From: Eledone cirrhosa
Lineage: Eukaryota
Direction of reading: 5' to 3'
Length of the DNA: 64,000 nt
Assembly (NCBI GenBank): GCA_964016885.1
Contig: OZ024745.1
Coordinates: forward strand, 4,340,001-4,404,000
The translations under genes were made by a program, and so were the position numbers. Each line of letters begins with the position of its first letter. Position 1 is the first letter of the stretch. Shown here piece by piece: positions 36,501-43,000 of the stretch. Under the pieces are notes generated by a model that ran no database searches, had not been told where the DNA came from, and saw nothing but the letters and a program-made list of their open reading frames with translations.

Positions 36501-39500
36501 CTGATAATGTATCTTGAAATCTTTAAGCTCCTTAGCAGTGACGTTCTGGGGTTCTTATTGATAATTTTCTCTACCTTCCGTACATATTTAGGCCTGTTAA
36601 ATTAACAATGAAAATAATAACAACAAAGTCAAGTTATTTTACCTATTCATATCATTGTTTTACAATCGTTTTGGAGGGTTGATCATATAGAAATATGGAC
36701 TGATCTATAGCAGTTATATAACTGTATACTATCAGACATAATATATAGGTTTGATCAGATCGTCTTCTAACTTCATTGTTTCCAAAGAAGACAGTCTGAT
36801 CAAACCTATATATGAAGTCTGATAGTATACAGTTATATAACTGCTATAGATCAGACTATATGTCAATATGATCAATCCTCCGAAACAATTGTAAAACAAT
36901 GATATGAATAGGTAAAATAACCTGACTTTGTTTTTATTTTCATTGTTAATTTAATACCTAATATCTCTCTCTCTCTATATATATATATGGGACAAACCCG
37001 CCCAACCCATGCTAGTGTGGAAGATGGATGTTAAACAATGATGATGAAATCACCACTACAATACTACAGTATTTCAACCCCATATCTACATAGATAATAA
37101 AACTTAGAGACACATACACAGGTACATGTGTGGACACACTCTCAACCACTCCCTGAAAATATTAAAAAAAACATATCTGGAAAGGGTGTGAGGAAGGGTA
37201 TCTGGTTGTAAATGATGAAGATTATATATGAGACTTCAGGATATATAATTAAATATAAATTCAGCTCATAGCTGAATCAATGGCCGAACTAGAGAAGAAA
37301 TTCCAAACATGGAAGCATGGCCTAGAATCAAAAGGCCTTAAAATTAACCTGTCTAAGACTAAAGTTCTAGTTTGTAGGAAGGAAAATAGGGCACCGGTCC
37401 CATCCGGGAAATGGCCATGCTCAGTGTGTAGGAAAGGAGTAGGTAGAAACTCCATTTTATGTCCCAAATGCAAAGTATGGGTGCATAAAAGATGTAGTGG
37501 GATGACAGGTAAGCTAGGCCAAGCCGAGCCGAGCCGAGCTGGACAGAGCTAAGTTAAGACAAACGAAGCTGGACAGAGCTGAGCTATTCTACAGTTAAGT
37601 CTCTGTGTGTATGTGTGTATATATATATATATATATACACACACACATATGTATGTATATATATATATATATATATATATGGGTGCATAAAAGATGTAGT
37701 GGGATCACAGGTAAGCTAACTAAGAACATAGATTTTATATGTGGCCAGTGCTCTGGGGCAATAAGTAGCAGCAAGTGCCCACAGAATACTAGCTCATTCC
37801 ATTGCACAGATGGTTCTATAGAAATAGTGGACACCTTCCGTTACTTGGGTGACAAAATCAGCAGTGGTGGAGGGTGTTCTGAAAGTACAGTAGCTAGAGT
37901 CAGAACTGGATGGAAAAAGTTCAGAGAGTTTATACCACTATTAGCCGCTAAAGGGTTCTCTCTAAAAATGAAAGGCAGGTTGTATGATGCCTGCATACGA
38001 ACAGCAATGTTACATGGCAGTGAGACCTGGGCATTGCATGCAGAGGATATACGCAGACTGGAGAGGAACGAAGCTTGCATGCTCCGCTGGATGTGTAATA
38101 GTAATATACGTGAACGGCAAAGCATAAACGAACTAAGGGAAAAATTAGAAATAAGAGGGATCAGATGTTGTTTACTCGAGAGAAGACTACGTTGGTATGG
38201 TCACGTGATGCGCATGAAGGACGACAGCTGTATAAAAAAGTGCAAGGCAATAAAAATAGACGGTAGCCACGGAGTAGGCAAACCCAGGAAAACCTGGGAC
38301 GACTTGATAAATTCCGACCTCACACACTTACACCTCTCCAAGACAATGTCACTGGACCGAGATCTTTGGCGCTACACAGTAATACAGAAGACCCGCCTTA
38401 CCTAAGTACAAAGTGAAACCTACTACAGTCAGTAGGCACCTCTAACAAAATACACCCCCTTCTCACTACCCCCACCCCATCCACACCACCCCTTTCAATG
38501 TAAAGTTATGTTGGTACCACAACATCCAGTCCAAAACAAATGAGGTCGTGTAGGTGTCACGACAAAAAAACACACAGTCCACGCTGTAATGTGGCCGTGT
38601 AGGTAACATGGTAAAAACCTCCCAGTCCACACTGTAAACGTGGTTGGTGTTAGGAAGGGCATCCAGCCGTAGAAAACCTGCCAGACAGTCCTATGCGAGC
38701 AAGACAACCACTCTTGCCTCAAGTGGGAAAACCCCCGTCCAAACCCATGCAAGCGTGGAACACGGACGTTAAACGTTGATGATGATGATAAGTAATGGCT
38801 ATTTTGTCTTTCTGTTACTTCAGTATAATAAATTCAAGCATAATAAATACTTCAGTATAATAAATTCAAACCCCTGAAAGCGTGGAAGATGGACGTTAAA
38901 CGATGATGATGATGATGATGATGAAATAGGGATGAAGGCTTGATTTTTTTTTGTTTTTGTTTCTTGTAACTAAATCTATTATTTCTTTCCTTTTTCTTTT
39001 ACAGGAACAAGAACTGTTTTTCTTTCATGAACAAAGTCCAGGAAGTTGCTTTTTCCTACCAAAAGGGGCCTATATTTACAATAAACTTATTGAATTTATT
39101 AGAGTAAGTATCAATTCTAACTTTCAATTTACTTCTCTTCTGAGACATTTCTTAATATTGTTGTTTTTCATTTTAGTTAAACTATTCTAAAATTTCTAGG
39201 TCCACTGCAACAATAAATATTGAATTTTCTAACAGAATATATTCTATTTAATCTACATAAAACATTTGTATATTATTTATTAATTTTGGTGTTAGGAAGG
39301 GCATCCAGTTATAGAAACCAAGCCAGAAACAGTTCTGTTTGCTCTGGCTTGTCTCACAAGGGACATTTCATCTAACCCATGCTAGTGCGGAGAAATGGAT
39401 GTTAAATGGTGACGATGATGATAAGTTGAAGCTGAGTTTATTTTTTGGCATTGTGCAAATTCTGATTTTCTTTCTTTTCTTTGTTTACAGAGTGAATACT

Positions 39501-39586
39501 GGAAAAGGGGTTTCCAAGAGGTGGTGACCCCAAATATTTACAACAGTAAACTGTGGGAAATTTCAGGTCATTGGCAGCATTATGCG
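9435..39586 (+). CDS. TARS1: Cytosolic threonyl-tRNA synthetase, exons 1-11 (386 codons; 3' part beyond the window)
   Basis: The spliced product is colinear with metazoan ThrRS: [71 protein letters not shown]. All intron phases agree. Confidence 0.97.
10952..12541 (+). CDS. LINE reverse transcriptase (partial, 529 aa) with an internal C4HC3 PHD-type finger
   Basis: Motifs [61 protein letters not shown]. Confidence 0.9.
   Translation: MPQAEMLKASGTVGHTMVTRIVNQVIQNGVVPKDRRSSIIVNCYKGKGDALDRSNYRGIKLIDQVMKVTEKVIAQLIRERIDLDEMQFGFVSGKSTTDALFIVRQLKEKYLAKSKPLYLAFVDLEKAFDRVPRSIIWWVLRKLGVDEWLVRAIQAMYEETVSKVRINNEYSEEFSVKVGVHQGSVLSPLLFIIALQAITEEFKTGCPWELLYADDLTLIAESMAELEKKFQTWKHGLESKGLKINLAKTKVLVCRKENKAPVPSGKWPCSVCRKGVGRNSILCPKCKVWVHKRCSGITGKLTKNTDFTCGRCSGAISSSKCPQNTNSFNCSEGSIEIVDSFRYLGDKISSGGGCSESTVAEVRTGWKKFRELIPLLAAKGFSLKMKGRLYDVCIRTAMLHGSETWALCAEDIRRLERNEACMLRWMCNSNIRERQSINELRKKLEIRGIRCCLLERRLRWYGHVMRMKDDSCITKCRAIKIDGSHGVGKPRKTWDELINSDLTHLHLSKTMSLDRDLWRYSVTEKTRLT
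10956..12921 (+). mobile_element. 5'-truncated RTE-clade LINE (called family A here) with open RT ORF, 3' UTR and (TGA)n tail, in intron 1
   Basis: ORF 10952-12541, then a 3' UTR with a poly-C run and GGTTGGTGTTAGGAAGGGCATCC, ending GGACGTTAAACGATGATGATGATGAT. No endonuclease domain is present. Confidence 0.93.
14108..14430 (+). mobile_element. Two tandem type-1 SINE copies (a partial one, then a near-complete one) with (TTA)n tail
   Basis: CTGAGTTCAAATCCCGCCGAGGTTAACTTTGCCTTTCATCCTT occurs at about 14118 and 14301. Confidence 0.8.
14733..14892 (+). mobile_element. Diverged type-1 SINE
   Basis: TTGGCAGAGTCATTGG ... GGTCAACTTTGCCTTTCATTCTTTCAAGGTTGATAAAAGAAGTACCAGT. Confidence 0.6.
15094..15641. 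mobile_element. Non-autonomous Tc1/mariner-type element with imperfect TIRs
   Basis: Left end TA|CAAGGGGGCTTCAAAAAGTTCATGGAAAA; right end TTTTCCACAAACGTTTTGAAGCTCCCCAGTG|TA. TA flanks on both sides. Confidence 0.65.
16486..16748. mobile_element. Foldback/MITE-like inverted repeat
   Basis: ATATTGTTATGCTTTGGGAGGGTCATGTTGCCAATAAGAAACACACTCACCAGTTGCTTTCACTT (about 16520-16584) is reverse-complemented at about 16683-16747. A third, partial arm lies at 16486-16515. Confidence 0.75.
17505..17657 (-). mobile_element. Diverged type-1 SINE
   Basis: ACTGGTACTTTTATTATCGACCTTGAAAGGATGAAAGGCAAAGTTGA is the reverse complement of the SINE body. Confidence 0.65.
18048..18113 (+). CDS. TARS1: TARS1 exon 2 ([22 protein letters not shown])
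   Basis: ttcttttacag acceptor and GAG|gtaagt donor; 66 nt, phase 0/0. Lys-rich like eukaryotic ThrRS N-extensions and in frame with exon 3. Confidence 0.8.
18835..20697. repeat. 73-bp minisatellite, about 25 copies, in intron 2
   Basis: Unit CAGTACATATCTTTTATAGCAGTACAGTTATAATGGAAACCACTTCAGCATGTCTGTACCAACACCACCAGCC; successive starts at 18841 and 18914. Confidence 0.97.
21179..21360 (+). CDS. TARS1: TARS1 exon 3 ([15 protein letters not shown]...[26 protein letters not shown]), start of TGS domain
   Basis: tgttttag acceptor, AG|gtaaaa donor; 182 nt, phase 0/2. Confidence 0.95.
21715..22348 (+). mobile_element. Decayed family-B RTE LINE 3' part
   Basis: [11 protein letters not shown]...DGRQEAE...[12 protein letters not shown]...GRRPRGKP with stops and frameshifts. 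Confidence 0.8.
22695..22810 (+). CDS. TARS1: TARS1 exon 4 ([38 protein letters not shown])
   Basis: ttttttcag acceptor, G|gtaaaa donor; 116 nt, phase 2/1; TGS domain. Confidence 0.96.
23264..24490. repeat. 41-bp G-rich minisatellite, about 30 copies, in intron 4
   Basis: Unit AGTTACATGATAGGGTGGGTTGGAGATGAGGGAGTCACTCT; period measured between 23281 and 23322. Confidence 0.97.
24490..24775 (+). mobile_element. Family-B RTE LINE 3' fragment continuous with the 41-bp array
   Basis: TAGAGCTGCTACTTCTC...GGAAAGAATTGCTGGACAGATTTTAC...GATGGTTGGATAACAT matches 22091-22240. Confidence 0.75.
25039..25200. repeat. 29-bp minisatellite, about 5.5 copies
   Basis: Unit CAGACATCTCCTTAGCCATCTCCAACACA. Confidence 0.9.
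25254..25383 (+). CDS. TARS1: TARS1 exon 5 ([42 protein letters not shown]), editing-domain HxxxH motif
   Basis: ttttccccag acceptor, GA|gtatgt donor; 130 nt, phase 1/2. Confidence 0.97.
25415..25572 (+). mobile_element. Internally deleted type-1 SINE
   Basis: GGATTGGCAGAATCGGTAGAG ... TCGATAAAATAAAGTACCAGTAATGCACTGG. Confidence 0.65.
25701..25860 (+). mobile_element. tRNA-derived SINE (type 2, CORE-like central domain)
   Basis: Box A TGGCTTAGTGG, box B GAGTTCAATTC, central CCTTGAGCAAGACACTT; near-identical to 29054-29214. Confidence 0.78.
25866..26167 (-). mobile_element. Probable SINE on the minus strand
   Basis: GAACTCACAACC...CCCTAACCACTAAGCC (about 26119-26166) is the reverse complement of a type-2 tRNA head. 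The extent of the body is uncertain. Confidence 0.5.
26352..26592. repeat. Degenerate 23-bp minisatellite, about 10 copies
   Basis: Unit approximately TGTACTCTATCACATTATAACCA. Confidence 0.85.
26705..26822 (+). CDS. TARS1: TARS1 exon 6 ([39 protein letters not shown])
   Basis: ctgcttcag acceptor, AAG|gttagt donor; 118 nt, phase 2/0. Confidence 0.96.
27058..28715. repeat. 55-bp minisatellite, about 30 copies, in intron 6
   Basis: Unit ATGAGCTCTACATGTCTCACTTCAGAGTGTGACAACCTGTCTAACCTATACAAGT; truncated sub-units at the 5' edge. Confidence 0.97.
29045..29392 (+). mobile_element. Full-length type-2 SINE with a LINE-derived 3' tail and (TGA)n
   Basis: tRNA head and CORE-like domain, followed by GGTTGGTGTTAGGAAGGGCATCCAGCTGTAGAAA ... 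GGACGTAAAATGATGATGAT. Confidence 0.82.
29455..30545 (-). mobile_element. Family-A RTE LINE 3' portion on the minus strand, in intron 6 (frameshifted)
   Basis: ORF 30082-30870(-) contains WVHKRCSG...FRYLGD...LRWMC. The 3' UTR and (TGA)n tail appear reverse-complemented at 29455-29815. Confidence 0.92.
30599..30860. repeat. 15-bp repeat (GCTCAGCTCTGTCCA)n followed by about three copies of a 48-51-bp unit
   Basis: Direct reading; TCAACACTATC recurs at 30711, 30762 and 30810. Confidence 0.85.
30905..31410 (+). mobile_element. Family-A LINE 3' UTR-only copy with an internal ~113-bp duplication, ending about 33 nt before exon 7
   Basis: Matches 12536-12921; CAGTCCACGCTGTAATGT occurs at 31081 and 31194. 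Confidence 0.88.
31443..31507 (+). CDS. TARS1: TARS1 exon 7 ([22 protein letters not shown])
   Basis: gttacttcag acceptor, CG|gtaaat donor; 65 nt, phase 0/2. Confidence 0.96.
31645..32065 (+). mobile_element. Decayed family-B RTE LINE 3' fragment
   Basis: CATGAATCTTGGGCAATGAGTGAAAGAATACAAT ... AGATGGTTGGATAAC, matching the other family-B copies. Confidence 0.72.
32224..32750 (+). mobile_element. Non-autonomous Helitron-like element with a 2 x ~154-bp internal tandem duplication
   Basis: 5' A|TCTCTATATATAAAG plus a (TGTT)n tract; GC-rich subterminal CGCAGCAAGGCGCGGG, then CTAG|T; no target-site duplication. TTTTGGAGATAGACCCCC occurs at 32283 and 32437. Confidence 0.65.
33159..33237 (+). CDS. 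TARS1: TARS1 exon 8 ([26 protein letters not shown]), editing-domain CxxxH motif
   Basis: ttttccag acceptor, AAG|gtaatt donor; 79 nt, phase 2/0. Confidence 0.97.
33390..33775 (+). mobile_element. Old RTE-type LINE 3' remnant (a third family)
   Basis: Degenerate reading QWR.GHIL.K...[13 protein letters not shown]...NTW resembles RTE C-termini. Confidence 0.45.
34585..34895 (+). mobile_element. Family-B RTE LINE 3' fragment
   Basis: GAGTCACTCCAGGTAGAG...[17 protein letters not shown]...[16 protein letters not shown]. Confidence 0.75.
35035..35245 (-). mobile_element. Short diverged RTE C-terminal fragment
   Basis: The reverse strand reads ...[13 protein letters not shown], then [14 protein letters not shown] in ORF 34881-35126. 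Confidence 0.5.
35521..35667 (+). CDS. TARS1: TARS1 exon 9 ([49 protein letters not shown])
   Basis: ttctttatag acceptor, CGG|gtaagt donor; 147 nt, phase 0/0. Confidence 0.97.
35920..36590 (-). pseudogene. Degenerate Tc1/mariner-superfamily transposase
   Basis: ORF 35927-36121(-) has TQEW...[10 protein letters not shown] (WPPxSPDLNP motif), preceded by QQD...HKAK. The upstream limit is approximate. Confidence 0.7.
36597..36954. mobile_element. Foldback MITE: ~175-bp inverted arms with a short loop, TTAA at both ends
   Basis: TTAAATTAACAATGAAAAT... pairs with ...ATTTTCATTGTTAATTTAA; CTGATCTATAGCAGTTATATAACTGTATACTATCAGAC is mirrored exactly. Confidence 0.85.
37262..38922 (+). mobile_element. 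Family-A RTE LINE 3' portion in intron 9, interrupted within the PHD finger, with a composite 3' end
   Basis: ORFs 37280-37552 and 37605-38405 match the C-terminal part of ORF 10952-12541. Two (TGA)n tails, at about 38790 and 38920. Confidence 0.92.
39005..39103 (+). CDS. TARS1: TARS1 exon 10 ([33 protein letters not shown])
   Basis: ttttacag acceptor, AGA|gtaagt donor; 99 nt, phase 0/0. Confidence 0.97.
39491..39586 (+). CDS. TARS1: TARS1 exon 11 ([32 protein letters not shown]), class II motif 1
   Basis: tttacag acceptor, GCG|gtaatt donor; 96 nt, phase 0/0. Confidence 0.97.
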
Positions 39587-39980
39587 GTAATTTTTCTCTG
39601 TTCCTTTTATTTCTTGTTCATACTCTGCTTACTTAACCCTACTTTTTTTCCACATTTCTAATGAAAGACTTTGTCTAAGATTTTCAAATAATTAAGTATT
39701 TGGAAGGATTTAGAAACATAACTTGTCTCACAATGGGACAACTTATCTAACCCATGCTAATATGGAAAATGGACGTTAAGCGGTGATGATGATAAACGTT
39801 TTCATTATTAAGTCAGTGTTCGGAACTTAACAAATCTCCAGTAAATCTGATTATGATGAAATGTTTTTATATAAATAACACTTAAAAATAAACAGTTTTG
39901 TATTGTAGAGCAATGACAGTTTCATATCAAAAGGGTTAAATATATACCATTTTGTTGGACTAGGCGTAAATTTAATCAAA

Positions 39981-40063
39981 TCTATTTATAATATAAAAGA
40001 GAGGTGTTTGTTTGTTGGTGTCTTCGGGCATCACACAAAAACGAAAACTGATAATCGAAAAGT
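39981..40063 (+). mobile_element. Helitron-like 5' terminus directly upstream of the giant satellite
   Basis: A|TCTATTTATAATATAAAAGAGAGGTGTTTGTTTGTT...GCATCACACAAAAAC; same TC + TA-rich + (TGTT)n layout as the element at 32224. The 3' end is not in the window. Confidence 0.5.
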
Positions 40064-43000
40064 AAGTACAGTAATGGAATAAGGTTATATTGGAAGTATA
40101 GTAATGGAATAAAGTATATTGGAAGTACCGTAATGGAATAAGGGTATATTGGAAGTACAGCAATGGAATAAGGTTATATTGGAAGTACAGTAATGGAATA
40201 AGGTTATATTGGAAGTACAGCAATGGAATAAGGTTATATTGGAAATACAGTAATGGAATAAGGTTATATTGGAAGTACAGTAATGGAATAAGGTATATTG
40301 GAAGTACAGTAATGGAATAAGGTTATGTTGGAAGTACAGTAATGGAATAAGGTTATATTGGGAGTACAGTAATGGAATAAGGTTATATTGGAAGTATAGT
40401 AATGGAATAAGGTTATATTGGAAGTACAGTAATGGAATAAGGTTATATTGGAAGTACAGTAATGGAATAAGGTTATATTGGAAGTATAGCAATGGAATAA
40501 AGTATATTGGAAGTACCGTAATGGAATAAGGTTATATTTGAAGTACCGTAATGGAATAAGGTTATATTTGAAGTACCGTAATGGAATAAGGTTATATTGG
40601 AAGTACCGTAATGGAATAAGGTTATATTGGAAGTACCGTAATGGAATAAGGTTATATTGGAAGTACAGTAATGGAATAAGGTTATATTTGAAGTACCGTA
40701 ATGGAATAAGGTTATATTGGAAGTACAGTAATGGAATAAGGTTATATTGGAAGTACCGTAATGGAATAAGGTTATATTGGAAGTACAGTAATGGAATAAA
40801 GTTATATTGGAAGTACCGTAATGGAATAAGGTTATATTGGAAGTACAGTAATGGAATAAGGTTATATTGGAAGTACAGTAATGGAATAAGGTTATATTGG
40901 AAGTACAGTAATGGAATAAAGTATATTGGAAGTACAGTAATGGAATAAAGTATATTGGAAGTACAGTAATGGAATAAGGTTATATTGGAAGTACAGTAAT
41001 GGAATAAGGTTATATTTGAAGTACAGTAATGGAATAAGGTTATATTTGAAGTACCGTAATGGAATAAGGTTATATTGGAAGTATAGCAATGGAATAAACT
41101 ATATTGGAAGTACCGTAATGGAATAAGGTTATATTTGAAGTACCGTAATGGAATAAAGTATATTGGAAGTACAGTAATGGAATAAGGTTATATTTGAAGT
41201 ACCGTAATGGAATAAGGTTATATTGGAAGTACCGTAATGGAATAAGGTTATATTTGAAGTACCGTAATGGAATAAGGTTATATTGGAAGTACCGTAATGG
41301 AATAAGGTTATATTTGAAGTACCATAATGGAATAAGGTTATATTGGAAGTACAGTAATGGAATAAGGTTATATTTGAAGTACCGTAATGGAATAAGGTTA
41401 TATTGGAAGTATAGCAATGGAATAAACTATATTGGAAGTACCGTAATGGAATAAGGTTATATTTGAAGTACCGTAATGGAATAAAGTATATTGGAAGTAC
41501 CGTAATGGAATAAGGTTATATTGGAAGTACAGTAATGGAATAAGGTTATATTTGAAGTACCGTAATGGAATAAGGTTATATTGGAAGTATAGCAATGGAA
41601 TAAGGTTATATTGGAAGTACCGTAATGGAATAAGGTTATATTGGAAGTACAGTAATGGAATAAGGTTATATTTGAAGTACCGTAATGGAATAAGGTTATA
41701 TTGGAATAAGGTTATATTGGAAGTACCGTAATGGAATAAGGTTATATTGGAAGTACAGTAATGGAATATGGTTATATTGGGAGTACAGTAATGGAATAAG
41801 GTTATATTGGAAGTACAGTAATGGAATAAGGTTATATTGGAAGTACAGTAATGGAATATGGTTATATTGGGAGTACAGTAATGGAATAAGGTTATATTGG
41901 AAGTACAGTAATGGAATAAGGTTATATTGGAAGTATAGCAATGGAATAAACTATATTGGAAGTACCGTAATGGAATAAAGTATATTGGAAGTACAGTAAT
42001 GGAATAAGGTTATATTGGAAGTACAGTAATGGAATAAGGTTATATTGGAAGTACAGTAATGGAATATGGTTATATTGGAAGTACAGTAATGGAATAAGGT
42101 TATATTGGAAGTACAGTAATGGAATAAGGTTATATTGGAAGTACAGTAATGGAATATGGTTATATTGGGAGTACCGTAATGGAATAAAGTATATTGGAAG
42201 TACCGTAATGGAATAAAGTATATTGGAAGTACCGTAATGGAATAAGGTTATATTGGAAGTACAGTAATGGAATAAAGTATATTGGAAGTACAGTAATGGA
42301 ATAAGGTTATATTGGGAGTACAGTAATGGAATAAGGTTATATTGGAAGTATAGCAATGGAATAAAGTATATTGGAAGTACAGTAATGGAATAAGGTTATA
42401 TTGGGAGTACAGTAATGGAATAAGGTTATATTGGAAGTACAGTAATGGAATAAGGTTATATTGGAAGTATAGCAATGGAATAAAGTATATTGGAAGTACA
42501 GTAATGGAATAAGGTTATATTGGAAGTACAGTAATGGAATAAAGTATATTGGAAGTACAGTAATGGAATAAGGTTATATTGGGAGTACAGTAATGGAATA
42601 AGGTTATATTGGAAGTACAGTAATGGAATAAGGTTATATTGGAAGTACAGTAATGGAATAAAGTATATTGGAAGTACAGTAATGGAATAAAGTATATTGG
42701 AAGTACAGTAATGGAATAAGGTTATATTGGGAGTACAGTAATGGAATAAGGTTATATTGGAAGTATAGCAATGGAATAAAGTATATTGGAAGTACCGTAA
42801 TGGAATAAGGTTATATTGGAAGTACAGTAATGGAATAAGGTTATATTGGAAGTACAGTAATGGAATAAAGTATATTGGAAGTACCGTAATGGAATAAGGT
42901 TATATTGGAAGTACAGTAATGGAATAAGGTTATATTGGAAGTACAGTAATGGAATAAGGTTATATTGGAAGTACAGTAATGGAATAAAGTATATTGGAAG

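Noticed and set aside
38824-38877. Apparent second exon 7, suggesting mutually exclusive exons
   Set aside because: Only 17 nt of the exon are copied, there is no donor site and an in-frame TGA follows. It is reported as a decoy acceptor instead.
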